The position numbers and the translations under genes are program-made. A stretch of DNA of 63,885 nucleotides, counting the filler, from Conidiobolus incongruus B7586 (Eukaryota), in NCBI GenBank assembly GCA_000697335.1. It is 5 parts of 5 records of this genome, joined end to end, with 100 filler letters (N's around TTAATTAATTAA, not from the genome) between each part and the next. Parts side by side here need not be neighbours in the genome. Positions count along the whole stretch, not along the records: positions 1 to 14,008 come from JNEM01006216.1; positions 14,109 to 32,519 come from JNEM01006218.1; 3 more parts are not named here. One strand, given 5' to 3'. The notes under the pieces are model-generated. The model did no database searches. It was given only the letters and a program-made list of their open reading frames with translations, and was not told the DNA's origin. Below are positions 11,526 to 23,781 of the stretch, one piece after another. Within the stretch, counting starts at the first letter, position 1. Each line of letters opens with the position of its first letter.

Positions 11526-13680
11526 ATTTGTTTTCGTAAACTTTGATAAATTAATGGAATCAAAAAGAATATGTTAAATTGACTAAAATACAAATAGTTT
11601 TGATTTAATTTACAAAATTATGAGTTAGAATATATTATAAATTATATATTATCTAAGGCCGATAAAAGCTGTTTTTAAAAGACTTTTTTTAACAAGGGAA
11701 AGGTGGTATTAGAATTTCATAATGGATCTCAAGCAGTATTTATATGAAATTCCATTATTCAAATGATCCTAACTGCAAGGGAATTACAAATATTGATCAA
11801 ATTTCAAACCTCATACAAATTGTTTTCTCCTTAAAAATAGGTTTGAATTTACCATTTCTTTCCATATTTGGAGACTTATCGAAATTACCTTCCAAATTCG
11901 GACTATCGTTTGATTCTTTTTATTAGGGTCCTTTGTGATTAATCACAAGATTTCAATCATGCAGTATGGTAACTCTACGCAGGACTTTGAGTTTATCATT
12001 CGCCGCGAATTCTTCATTCGAGTCGTAGATGTTGAACATTTTATGTGGAGTAATCTTTAAAAGTTACAGATGAATTAAAATCATTTTATACAACTCAAAA
12101 TTTCATAATATATTATTTATATTAAAAGTAGACAGATTACAAGATTAACAATTTGAAAATTCAAAATATTTTATTAGAACTTTTAAAAGTTTAGCATTAG
12201 AGTAATTGAAAAAAAATTCTAAAATATTATAAAAAACCTTAAATTAATCGATGAAATTATTGGAACTAATTTAATTAATATTATCGCCATTTTAATATTA
12301 AATCATGTCATTTTACAGAATCATTTAATAATTGAAATTATTAAGGTAATAATACTAAATAGAATTATATTTTATCCAACCCTACTTTTTCTTTTATCTC
12401 TTTAAATTGTGATCTGATTTTCATTAATACAAAGGTTTATCGTAAATTATTTTTAATATTAATCATTATTACAATCATTTAATAATTAATTAATCGAATG
12501 ACAAATTCAAGTGGATATTTTCAAATAATCCTTATCATATGACTATTTTTAAAAAATGAAGAATATTAACTTATAATTTAATCATAATTTAACAAGTCTT
12601 CAAAATAATATTATATTTTAAGTTATTCACTATAAAATAATTCTTAAAAACATTGTTCATAAATATTTCTGATGAAGAACTAATGAAATATGTTCAAAAT
12701 TAATTTTGAAAGCTATTCTTAAATAAATTTATATTTATTAGGTGCTCAATATGATTATAAGTTAATCAAGCATTAAATATTATCCAAACCACAGAAGATT
12801 TCGAAAAGGCATTATGAAAATGGGAAAATTTTGAATATGATGAATGTGATATAGTTCTAAATATTATTATCTCGTGTATGAGGTTGAATTGGTGAATACA
12901 TGACTGTTTTCTCAATATTTTTTGTAATTGTTCTTTCTTGATGTTGGGCGGTGGGTAGTATTTGATAGTCTATTTGAATATAATCAAATGAGCAACTAAT
13001 AGTTATAAAAAAGGAAATAGATTAATATAACAATATTTTTATCAAATATTATTATGTTTAATTCCATTGATACAAATTTAAAATCAAAATAATAGGATTA
13101 AATGCAGTGTTTCTCAATCCAAACTTAGCATTTTATCACATTATATATTTTACTGATGTATCAAACTTTTAAGAGAAATGTACTTAAAATGCTGATAAAT
13201 AATTTTCATAATACTTATAAAAGAGATCATATCATGTTATTTTTAATCTACTATTAGAATTAGATAAGGTATAAAATTTCACCAATTTAATAAATTTTGA
13301 GTTCAAAATTTGATACTTCAATAATGAGATCAGTTGAACCAAAATACCTCATTTTAATTGAAAAATTTTATACTTTCATGGTTAATATTAGATTGAACTA
13401 ATGTTATAATATTTTTGAGATTCATATATTAAAAAACTAATTTAATAAAAATATTAAATTCAATTTATTTTTTTAATTAATTTATTTAATTGGAAAGACA
13501 TCACAATTATAAATATTTAAGTATTAATAAAAATTTTCAATAATTAAAATACATTTATTTAAATCTGCATATTATCATTTATTAATACATTTAAATTAAT
13601 TATTATTAGGATAGTTATTAAATAATATCAAAATTTTAAAAATTTAACTTAAAGAGAATTATTATAATATATTTTATAGA

Positions 13681-13830
13681 ATTTAATATTTTTTTATTAT
13701 TAGTAACTTTTTGCTATATTCTTAACAAGCTTTTAATATTTAAAAAAATAGCTCTTTTTATTAAAGATTGAAATTTGATATTTTATAAATTAATTGATTT
13801 ATAAAAAATTTTTTTCTTATAATAAAATTT
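13681..13830 (-). repeat. AT-rich interspersed repeat, inverted copy of ~41888-42036
   Basis: Its reverse complement (…ttataaaatatcaaatttcaatctttaataaaaag…gcaaaaagttactaataataaaa…) aligns by eye with 41888-42036. Confidence 0.7.
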
Positions 13831-14008
13831 GGTTAATAATTAAAATAACTATAATTATTTGAATTATAAACTAATAAATATATTAGATATAATAAATCCT
13901 TTTAATTTTTTATATAGAATTTCTTTTATAAATTTAGTATTATATATTTTATAATTATTATATAAAATAATAAGCTATTAAATATATAATAATAATAATA
14001 ATAATAAT

Positions 14009-14108
14009 NNNNNNNNNNNNNNNNNNNNNNNNNNNNNNNNNNNNNNNNNNNNTTAATTAATTAANNNNNNNNNNNNNNNNNNNNNNNNNNNNNNNNNNNN
14101 NNNNNNNN
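14009..14108. other. Artificial contig spacer (N44-TTAATTAATTAA-N44)
   Basis: Exactly 100 nt with a central six-frame stop linker, identical to the other three spacers. Confidence 0.97.
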
Positions 14109-14643
14109 GAGCGTCATTGAGGACACTGACACAGCCATTCTGTAGGCCAGATTGTGAAACATGATACCTACCAGCTGGGGTAAACTACCAATGATCAGAT
14201 CTCTGGCTATTCGGCCTTGATCACTTGTAAATGGGGCTTTGTACAGAGCGACTAGACCAGCAGCAACAGTGGCGGCGTTAGGATCCGACATGCTAAAAGA
14301 TGGAATCAAGGAATATCAATAGGAACGGGTTTAGAAGGATTAGTGTAAAATGACTCAAGTGGAACTATAAGCAGTTACTTGAGTATACCAAAAGGGTTGG
14401 CTTTGGATGTAGGAAAAAGGTTTATTAATGTAGGAAAGTAAGGTAAGAGAGAGAGATCAAGAAGGGAGCCGAGCCCTTCTTATACTTAAGTGAAATATAT
14501 AGGCATAAGTATGCACGGATGAGTAACAGTGAGGTCACTCAGACGTGGACTGGTAAAATGTTGATAAGGCCTAATTTGGTTAATCAGGTACTTAATAGTG
14601 AATTGGAGTGAAGAAAGGTATCAATTAGGTAGCAATCGTCACA
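14109..14643 (-). mobile_element. LTR-like element copy 1 (left end cut by spacer)
   Basis: Colinear with 20908-21444 at roughly 80-85% identity by eye, and ends in CGTCACA. On the minus strand: TATAAG box, CT-rich tract, AATAAA, then an ATG-initiated ORF at 14291. Confidence 0.75.
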
Positions 14644-15051
14644 GTTACTGTAAAAATGAAATAATTTAATGTTTTTCATTATACTTGATTAGCTTTTTGT
14701 TTTATTTCACAATTATATAAATAATCTTAATTGTCACAATATAATATCAACAATTTCAATGTGCGATTTGAGATATTCAAATATCTCACATATATTCAAA
14801 ATATCTATCCTATTAAGGTAAATCAAAATGGACACAATATAAATCAAAACATTGTCAAGGTACATAAACAGCTGACAAATTCAAAGCTACTAATCTCATA
14901 ATTTATGTAATATACTCGTCTAAAAAATATTAAATAAATATAATTCATTCATTGATATCAAATAATAGAGTACAAAATTTCAGTTAATTTATTTATATTT
15001 ACATTATATAAAATTCAATCCAAATTATATATTCAAAAGCAAAAAAGCTGA

Positions 15052-16030
15052 TCAAAAAACAAATTCCCAATTACAAGTTAAATCATAAATTATATTTTGG
15101 TTTATAGAGAATTTTATCGTTGCTAAGGGAGTGACCAATATATCAATCATTAATATTATAAGACTCCAGTTTGATTTTGTGGAACCAACTGTCGAATCTA
15201 CAACAAAAGTATTGGCTTTATGACGACCACCCAGATAAGTTGCTTCGTATTCATCTCTAGTTTTAATTTCACTGATTGGAAGTCTTTTGAAATACACTTT
15301 AACTTCATGCACTCTATCATAGTCACAAATTCCAAATCGAAGCCTTTTGGGATATTACTGCAGTATTCAATATCCTGGTTGAATGCCATAATCGCGAATT
15401 TTCTGATTTCATCAACACCTATACAATTGTTGAATGCAACACTAGCAAATTAGCAAAATAGAAAATAATGTACTATACGATTTTATCAGTATTCTAAAAG
15501 AATTAATGGAAGTAACTTCAATTCCTTGTAACAGCTCCCTAATGGTCCTAAATACTGACTATATGCTAATCCAGATCATTTTAAATTACTACATTAAAAC
15601 TTTTTTTGAAAATTAAATTTTATCAGAATTAAGGCTGAGTAACTTCAATTTATCTCCATTCAAATTCATTTTAACGTGGCAAACCATTTAATAAAACTTT
15701 CAAATTCGTTAAATCATGAGTAGTTTTAATAGTTTTAAATATAAAATTGTTTGAATAATTCAATGAATCACTATTAAATATTCGAAGAGTTGTAACGTTC
15801 AAATTAATATTCATACATGAAGGTATCATTGTATAAATATATTGATTTTTTTTAATTCCAAACAAAAATTGTAGATTGGATTTATTTCCTTGTTCTTGTC
15901 ATATATATATATATATATATATATATCCAATTTTGACTATCAAATAACCCAATATTGACAATATACTTCAACTATTCAATATTAGCTACATTGAAATAAT
16001 AAAAATATATATATTAAACACTTATAAATA
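15052..16030 (-). pseudogene. Fragmented hypothetical gene (possible lineage-specific family remnant)
   Basis: Several short same-strand ORFs in different frames (15052-15312, 15198-15389, 15671-15865) with protein-like composition, interrupted by stops and a (TA)n tract. No recognisable domain. Confidence 0.25.
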
Positions 16031-16592
16031 GGCTTTGCTATGACCATATGAAATGTCAAAAAATGAATATTTTAAAATAAGGAGACAAACTAAAAAATAT
16101 GGAAGTTTTTACTTGAATTAATATTTAGATATTGAATCATCATTATAAGGATATCCTTTAATAAGTATAACTATTAGAAGGTAATCATATTTAGATGAGT
16201 ATATTAGCTTTTATTATTATATTTACTTATCGATTAAATTGGTCTACACTATTTTTAATTTTTTTTGAAATTTTGATATAAAATTAAAATTCATATTCAA
16301 ATCAAACTATAAACAAAATATTAGGTGGAATGATTTTATATATAAACTATAATATTCTATAATGTGTAAACAATTCTCATTTTTTTATCCATTTTTAATT
16401 GTTAATTATTAAATTGTTTAAATTAATCAAATTTTAATGTAAATTTTGAACCCATTCTTTTTATTTTAATAGATGATGTCATAAATTTTAATAAAATTAT
16501 TATAAAACAATTGTTAAATACTGAAATATTATCAATCAAAATCATTATCCTGACAAGCTATATATATTCATATAACAAATTTATATTAAAAG

Positions 16593-17963
16593 ATGATATC
16601 TCGTAATTTCCAGTCCATTTCACTACCTTACGACTGGCATTCTATTCTCACCGACGAATTAAAAGGTCAACATGAGGAAGGTGTGAATTGTTGGTGTAAT
16701 ATTTACGAACCGAGTAACCTCCTTATTAATATTAGTATAACTTTATAATATTAATTAAGTAGTTAGATAAATCTACAATTTATGATAAATTATCAATAAC
16801 TAAAAAAGGTGAGAATGAACTGCCACAAAGGTTGAAATTGGATTCGGGGTTTGAAGTGAATTGGAATAATAAAGTAAATATTCAATTAAATACTCAAATT
16901 GATAATTAACAATAATTTAGTATGAATTAGAATTCAACTTCGATAAACCTATCAAGGTCCAAAGCTATAAAAAATTCTACGAAACTAATTTAAAATCCAA
17001 CCACTTTGAACTCTCACCCCAAAAAGAATTACTAGTTGTAGGGGGTGACAATAGCAAATTGCAAATTTACTCCACTGAAGACTTTACACTCCGAAGAAGT
17101 TTGGAAGGCCATTTTGGAGATATTAATCACTGCAAATTTTTTCCAAGTGGCCAAGTCGTTTTGAGCTCGGGTTCGGATTTTATGTTGAAAATTTGGTCTG
17201 TCCTGGATGGAGCTAACCCTGTTACACTCAAAGGACATACTAGGGGAGTAACGTGCAGTCAAATCGTCCAGAGGGGTTGAAATGTGCTGAGTTCTAGTTT
17301 GGATGGTACTGTCAAGCTTTGGGAGTGTGGCACTTCCAAAGTTGTGAGAGATTTCAATTTGGATGCTGAAGCTGTGAATTGGATTTCGTTACTGTCTAAT
17401 AGTTCGGAGATTGATAAGTATACTCCTGAAACATTGTCGAAGGAAGGTGTACAAGGTCATTGTGTCCTCAGTTGTAATAATGATGGCTCTTTCAGTCTGT
17501 TGGATTTGAAAGCTCCCAATCCTGTAAGTTTTGCATTGATATCTTAATCATCATTTTATTAACAATTGATTAGTTCTTAACCCATAAAGAAAATTCTATT
17601 TCTTTAAATCGTAGTGCATTCCTTACCAAATCTCAATCTCAGCCTCAAATCGTCACTGGTGATATGGAAGGCAATATCCATCTACGAGACTTGAGATCAC
17701 CCACCAATATTTTATTCACGTTCAAGAAGGACGATTACCCCATCATGAGTATTTTAGAAGCCAATGAAACTTCAGTCCAAGGTCCCAAACTTGTAGTAGG
17801 CCACAAAGATGGCAGTATCAGTGATTTAATTGTGACATCAGAAGGTTTCCAACTAACTGACCAAAAATTTCTCAACGAACTTTATGGTTGCGTTGGTTTG
17901 GATTTAACCCAAAGTGATAAAGTTTGGGCATTGGACGAAAAGGGTCATATTTATGTATTTTAA
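16593..17963 (+). CDS. RPN14: WD40 proteasome assembly chaperone PAAF1/Rpn14-like, 4 exons (16593-16713, 16767-16873, 16921-17523, 17574-17963), with one in-frame TGA at 17278-17280
   Basis: N-terminal LPYDW motif. LEGHFGDINHCKFFPSGQVVLSSGSDFMLKIWS and LKGHTRGVTCSQIVQRG*NVLSSSLDGTVKLWECG match PAAF1 WD repeats. All three introns are canonical GT-AG and keep the frame. Confidence 0.85.
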
Positions 17964-18048
17964 TAAAAAATAAATTGAATATAATGACAAACTAAATCGA
18001 TACTCTTGAACGAAAATCTTATCAAATTTTTATTATTTAATTATTTAT

Positions 18049-20258
18049 TTACATATTAATAAAACTGTCCCAACTATCTTCATCAGAAAAACTTTGATTG
18101 TCCACTTTGAAGCAGTGACTACGAATAACTAATGCAACCAAAACTTCCTTCAAAAATTCTGTGAGAATAGTCCACCTAACTTCATCTTTGCGCGAACTCT
18201 GCTTCAGTGTATCGTAACATGGGAACAAATTAGGTGGAAATTTGCCGTAGTCACCTTCAGACCCATAGCCCAGGAGTTGCTCCAGTATGGTTAGGGGTAG
18301 GAGATTGAGAAGACTGGAATAGATATGGGTGATCAGGAGCACCTCCATCGGATGAAAGTCGAACAGTTCGTTGAGCCATGTCAATATCAGAGGGATGAGT
18401 GGTAAGGGGATTACATTCGACTCGTCGATCAGATGAGACTCCTCGTTCTGGTGGATGAGATCTAGATGGTGTGACTGGTGATTAATCGAATTGGAATCGA
18501 ATAAGATATTCATAAAATGCTCGTCATGATTCGGAATTTCATTGGGTTCTAACTGGTGAAGTCCATCTAATAGGCATTGGCAGATGGGTTGTAATGGAGG
18601 TTGCCGACTGTACATTGAGGAGTCCACCAACGTACTGCGAGTAGTCATTTGAATTTGGAAAAAGTGACCTAACTGGCCATTGTTCACTAGAGTTATAATT
18701 AAATTAAAATAATGTAGATTTAAAGTGCTGGGAGTATCATTGGTGGGATTAGGTGTAATTAGTGAAGTTAAATGATGCAGAAATGGTGTCTGATTGTCGA
18801 TCATTAGTCAATTGCATTTATATGTCAAATAAATTGATAATTACCTTAATGGGTTCAAACTTACCCAACAATACTCTTGACCACACGCGATATACCTGGA
18901 AGTGATGAGTAATTTGAATTAAATGAATTAAATAAGGTAATCGATGAGATGTCAATTCAGGACTAATACAACTATTAGTATCAGTAATAAATATAATATA
19001 ATGGAAATTACCTCGTAAATAAACTTGGAATCAGTACAGCTTTCAAAAAGTGTTGCTCAAATTGACTGATAACAGAATTCATTAATTCCTATAATAAATT
19101 AACAAACCATTCCAACAGAAATTATTAATAAAATTTACTATTTTTTTCAACTTGTAACACAGTGCTACAATTTGATGCCACCATCTGAACAAGTACTCCA
19201 ACCAACGGAAGTAATTCCCCTCCAACTGCTCCAATTTTCGCGTTTCGTGCTTCAATTTAAACGTATCGATGCTCTGAGGTTTAGGTGTCGAAATATTCGT
19301 AATTAATTTCAAATAATTTTCAATTGATTTATCCACCTAAATCTTATCATTAATATCTCCTATGTATCATATCATTTTAAACTATTTACAATGTTGCCAA
19401 CAATTGTCTCCACTTCATTCGCATAATTCAACAGAATCAATTGCTTAATTCCAACCAAATTTAATTTTTCCAATTTTTGAAAATTAGTAATGAGGTTAGG
19501 TTCGTGAGGCTGATTTGGAGGCAACTGATTCAATAGAATTTCTAGGGGCAGAAATACTATCGGTATCTAAATTTGAATTAATTTTAGGATTGAGAGATAT
19601 AAGATTTAGTTACTTTGACGGTAGTATTTTGAGCTAATCCCAACCATCTCACCAATTTACTTTGCTCTTTAATCTGTGGCATAACACTATAGTACCTTTG
19701 CAGAAGGTTTGTATATTTCATCATCAATTGGTACAGAATGGTCAGTTGATTGTTCTGGTTGAGTATTAAAGAAGGATCCTTGAAATATATCATAATCCTG
19801 GTATGCGTCATTAATAGCAGTGAATGGATCGATGCCGGCAAGTTGGGATCGTTAAGTGGCAAATTTGGAATAAATGGCAACGTCATTGTTAAGAAATCGA
19901 CAATTGTGGTCATCATACCTTTAGGAGTCTAGACTAATTAATATAACTTATATATTGTAATAATTTGAGGACTTACATCACTTTTGCCATACCCTATCAA
20001 AATACTCAAACATCTTTCATTATTTAAAAATTCCGAAATGGTCCCTTCTTTCTTCCCGTTCATTTGGATTATTTTGCTAAGTATGTTGAGGTACTGAATT
20101 ACCTGCGGGAGTTCAATTTGTTCAATGTGATTAATGTCATAGCATGTACTCAGTCTGTCCCAGCACCTCTGCAGTTGAATGTGAATCGGCTCGGACGTAT
20201 TGATCCCGTTTTGGGCCTGAATTTTTGTAAATGTTTTTTTAACTAGCGATTGAAACAT
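18049..20258 (-). CDS. FHIP/FAM160 (RAI16-like) family protein, multi-exon
   Basis: Chain of minus-strand ORFs joined by short GT-AG introns. Motifs LQRCWDRL, EFLNNERCLSILIGYGKSD-PKGM, FEQHFLKAVLIPSL, TPFLHHL...LNLHYFNLI and C-terminal ILTEFLKEVLVAL resemble the FHIP family. Confidence 0.7.
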
Positions 20259-20802
20259 GGTCGATTCGTATTCATTTAATTACTGTTATTATATATATTA
20301 TATTTAATATTACTAAGTTTTAAATATTTGTTAAATTATTATAAATTGATTATTGACAACTGTTATATGGCATATATATTATGCCAATTATCAACTTGAA
20401 AAAATCTCTAATTAAAAACAAATATATATTAATATATATATATATACTAAAGATATGATGATCCAGACTTTGAATTTATGCCATTTCGATTATGGGACTA
20501 TTTACCTCACCCCGATTAAATTTAACTCTAACAGTTTTAATTCTCGAAATTCAATTCTTTTTCCTCCGTCATCCATGTTGTACAATTGGCAAAGATTAGA
20601 TAAATTCGCATATTGGACTGGATAATGTAAATTGCGACATGTTGTGCTATTTTAAAAGAATGTAATATAAATCATAATGCTTGAAACTTGTTAATAATTG
20701 TTAAACTGTTTGCAAATTATGAAGATTGAAGGTATCAAAGAGAGAATTAGGTAACCAAGAGTAAATTATGTGATTAAAAAGTTTAACCACGAAGATTGCT
20801 AG

Positions 20803-20875
20803 CACCCAACGTGGGGGTCGAACCCACAACCTTGAGATTAAGAGTCTCACGCTCTACCGATTGAGCTAGCCGGGC
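20803..20875 (-). tRNA. tRNA-Lys (anticodon CTT)
   Basis: 73-nt GCCCGGCTAGCTCAATCGGTAGAGCGTGAGACTCTTAATCTCAAGGTTGTGGGTTCGACCCCCACGTTGGGTG folds as a cloverleaf with intact A and B boxes. Confidence 0.96.
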
Positions 20876-20885
20876 ATATTAGCTG

Positions 20886-21444
20886 TGTCACGGCTATTAG
20901 CCCTTGGAGTATCATCGAGGACACTGACACAGCCATTCTGTAGGCCAGATTGTGAAGCATGGCACCTACCAGCTGGGGTAAATTACCGATGATCAGTTCT
21001 CTGACCATCCAGCCCTGATCACTTGTAGACGGAGCCTTGTAAAGTGCGACTAGACCAGCAGCAAAAGTGGCGGCGTTAGGATCCGGCATACTAAAAAGAT
21101 GAAATCACAAAATATCAATAGGAACGAATGTATAATGAATAATGGAAGATGACTCAAGTGGAACTATATACAGCTGCTTGAGTATACTAAATGGGAAGGT
21201 CTTGAGAGTAGGCAAAAGGTTTATTTGTGTAAAAATGGAGAGAAGTAAAAAAGAAAGGTAAAAAAGAGAGGGGTAAAAGAGGATGTGCCGACTCCTTATA
21301 ACTAAGTGAAATATATAGGCATAAGTATGCAATGGCTGAGTAACAGTGAGGTCACTCGGACATGAACTGGTAAACTGTTGATAAGGCCTAATTTGGTTAA
21401 TCAGGAACTTGATAGTGAATTTGAGTAAGGTAGCAATTGTCACA
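20886..21444 (-). mobile_element. Solo LTR-like element copy 2 (559 bp), 10 bp upstream of tRNA-Lys
   Basis: Termini TGTCAC...GTCACA (TG...CA, imperfect inverted repeat) and homology to 14109-14643. Minus-strand TATAAG, pyrimidine tract and AATAAA occur in LTR order. GC is higher than the flanks. No clear target-site duplication. Confidence 0.78.
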
Positions 21445-22651
21445 AATTTTATTTTTTGTATTGAAAGTCACTATTGTTATAATTAATTTCATTAATTATC
21501 TTAAATATATTTCTAATTATTCAGCATATAATTCTTTATCTTATTACTCTTTAATTAATTTTTTATTCTATATCATACTATATCCAATCACTAATTTTTC
21601 AAAAATCTTAATATCTTTATTCTTAATAATTCTATTTGATTAAATTTATTCCTTAAAAATCTGCTGTATTTCAATTAATTTCAAATTTTTATACCAAAAA
21701 ATATATTTTGGTAATATATAGTCCAAATCTTAAAAACATATGACTCTCCTGCATCTAAACAATATTATAGAAAAATCATTATTTTAAAATCGAATCAAGT
21801 AATGCTGATATTTTTGTTGAAATTTTAATCAATGAAAAGCATTTTAACTTTTTATATTGTACTACAAAAGAAAAAAAATACAAATTATTTCAGACAGATA
21901 ATAATTGGCATGATAATGATATCAAATTCAAAATCCTTATTATTGTAAATTAATGTTATTGGATGATCTTATATATTAGAATTACTTTATAAAATTTGGG
22001 ATATAGTTAATTATGATATTGATTTCAAATAACTACACGTTTGAGAATCCTTTCATATTTACAAAAACGATAACGATGTAATTATAAATTAAAAACCTTT
22101 TTAAAGCTTATTCAAAATGTCCATAAACTTTTTTATATTATCTTGTAATATATTCTGTCAATTTTCTTCAAAAATTCACCAATCATCCTATTGTCAATTG
22201 ATTCTTAATTCTCCAAACTAATTTTTCCAAGTCACATGTTTTAATCAATTGCCATTCTTAAAATCGAAAAATTTTATAAGGTAAATTAAAAGTTAGATGT
22301 AGTTAAAAAGGAAGATAATATAATTCTTAAATATTTAGGTATATTATAGCCATTATTAACAGAGAAAATTCCAATTTTAGTAATATATAATAAAAAACTA
22401 CTAATTTAAAAAATAGTTAAATTATTGAATGATAACCTAATAAAAACAATGTCAAATAACAACTGGAATCAATAATCCAAATTAAATAATTGCATAACAA
22501 TTTAAAAATGATCAAATCCATTCGTCACCTTTTTAAAATAAAAAACCACATATTAAACAACTTTTTGAAATAATTATTTAAGTTGAAATTAAGAACTTCA
22601 CAACAAAGTAACGATCACTTTTTTATCTCTTGATGATTATTATTACAAATT

Positions 22652-23740
22652 ATGAAAACTTTTGACGAAATAATCAATTTTATTACTCATCAACCCAAAT
22701 GCTACACTAAAAAATCCTTGTACTGCTTCAAGGAAGTGCTCGGGAGTGGAAGGTACGGCCAAGTGAAATTAGCTGTTAGAGAAGATACTGGAGAGGAAGT
22801 CGCAGTCAAAATTATATTGAAGAACCATGATGAGAAGAAGGTTGACAGTGTGAAGCGGGAGTTGAATATCCTGCAACAGTTAGATCATCCGAACATTATC
22901 AAGCTTTTGGATTGGTTCGAGTCTAAGGATAAGTACTACCTGGTATTTGAATTGGCTAGGGGCGGTGAGTTGATGGATAGGTTCGTATATAGGGGCAGGT
23001 ATACTGAGGATGACGTGCGAAATTTTGTCACCCAAATATTGCATGCTATTGATTACTGCCACGAGCGTCATATTGTCCATAGAGATATTAAGCCTCAGAA
23101 TTTGTTGTTCAAGGATTATGAAGAAGATACCAAAGTGATTCTTGCAGATTTTGGGGTTTCTGCAGTGTGGGAGCATGAAGACATCGGATTGACAACTGTG
23201 TGTGGCTCCTACGGTTACTGCGCTCCCGAAATTCTGTTGAAGAAACCATATGATAGTTCCGTAGATTTATGGAGTATAGGGGTAACTACATATGTACTTT
23301 TCAGTGGTCGCATGCCATTCGACAAGCATGAGGAAGGATCCCCAGAGTGGATGGAAGATATGTTGCAAGCGAATTTTGGCTTTGAAGGTGCTGTTTGGGA
23401 CCAAGTGTCCAATGATGCTAAAAAATTTATCAGAGCTTTAATTCAGCCAGATCCCAAGAAACGTCCTACAGCTAAGCAAGCGCTACAACTTCCCTTTATC
23501 ACCGGCAAACGCGTCTCTAACATTGATCTATTGCAATATGTCCAAAAAGGCAATGAAACCAATAAGATAAGATCAAGAGCTCTAATGAAGCTCAATGCTG
23601 TCAACGCATTTTTAGAATGTTTAAATACCAAAAAATTACCCAAAATTGATTCTCTAAATATTCATGATAATACTAACGAAAAAGCAGAGACAAAATGCAC
23701 CAACAAAGATATAACAATTACGAACGAAATCATCATATAA
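22652..23740 (+). CDS. Ca2+/calmodulin-dependent protein kinase (Cmk1/Cmk2-like), intronless
   Basis: LGSGRYG, VAVK, HRDIKPQN, ADFG and CGSYGYCAPE motifs. The N-terminal QPKCYTKKSLY and DWFESKDKYYLVF are typical of fungal CaMK, and there is a C-terminal CaM-binding-like helix. Confidence 0.93.
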   Translation: MKTFDEIINFITHQPKCYTKKSLYCFKEVLGSGRYGQVKLAVREDTGEEVAVKIILKNHDEKKVDSVKRELNILQQLDHPNIIKLLDWFESKDKYYLVFELARGGELMDRFVYRGRYTEDDVRNFVTQILHAIDYCHERHIVHRDIKPQNLLFKDYEEDTKVILADFGVSAVWEHEDIGLTTVCGSYGYCAPEILLKKPYDSSVDLWSIGVTTYVLFSGRMPFDKHEEGSPEWMEDMLQANFGFEGAVWDQVSNDAKKFIRALIQPDPKKRPTAKQALQLPFITGKRVSNIDLLQYVQKGNETNKIRSRALMKLNAVNAFLECLNTKKLPKIDSLNIHDNTNEKAETKCTNKDITITNEIII

Positions 23741-23781
23741 CATAATTAATCAACTCTTATTTTATTAATAAATAAACACTA

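Noticed and set aside
14009..14108. TTAATTAATTAA palindrome inside N runs (also at 32520, 41451, 58738) as a biological motif
   Set aside because: An identical 100-nt construct four times with six-frame stops is an assembly or concatenation linker.
15901..15926. (TA)n microsatellites (also ~32799-32821, ~53603-53620)
   Set aside because: Ordinary simple repeats in an AT-rich genome; no CRISPR-like repeat-spacer structure seen anywhere.
20803..20885. tRNA sequence next to the LTR as a primer-binding site, or as a SINE head
   Set aside because: It is a complete 73-nt gene in sense orientation downstream of the repeat, not a short complement of a tRNA 3' end. A SINE would have the tRNA part at its 5' end.
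14644..20885. Full-length retrotransposon between the two LTR-like copies
   Set aside because: The interval contains spliced host genes and no RT, RNase H or integrase motifs.
21105..21643. ORFs 21105-21443 (-) and 21437-21643 (+)
   Set aside because: Non-ATG starts, not preserved in the other repeat copy (indels), and hydrophobic composition simply reflecting T-rich or AT-rich DNA.
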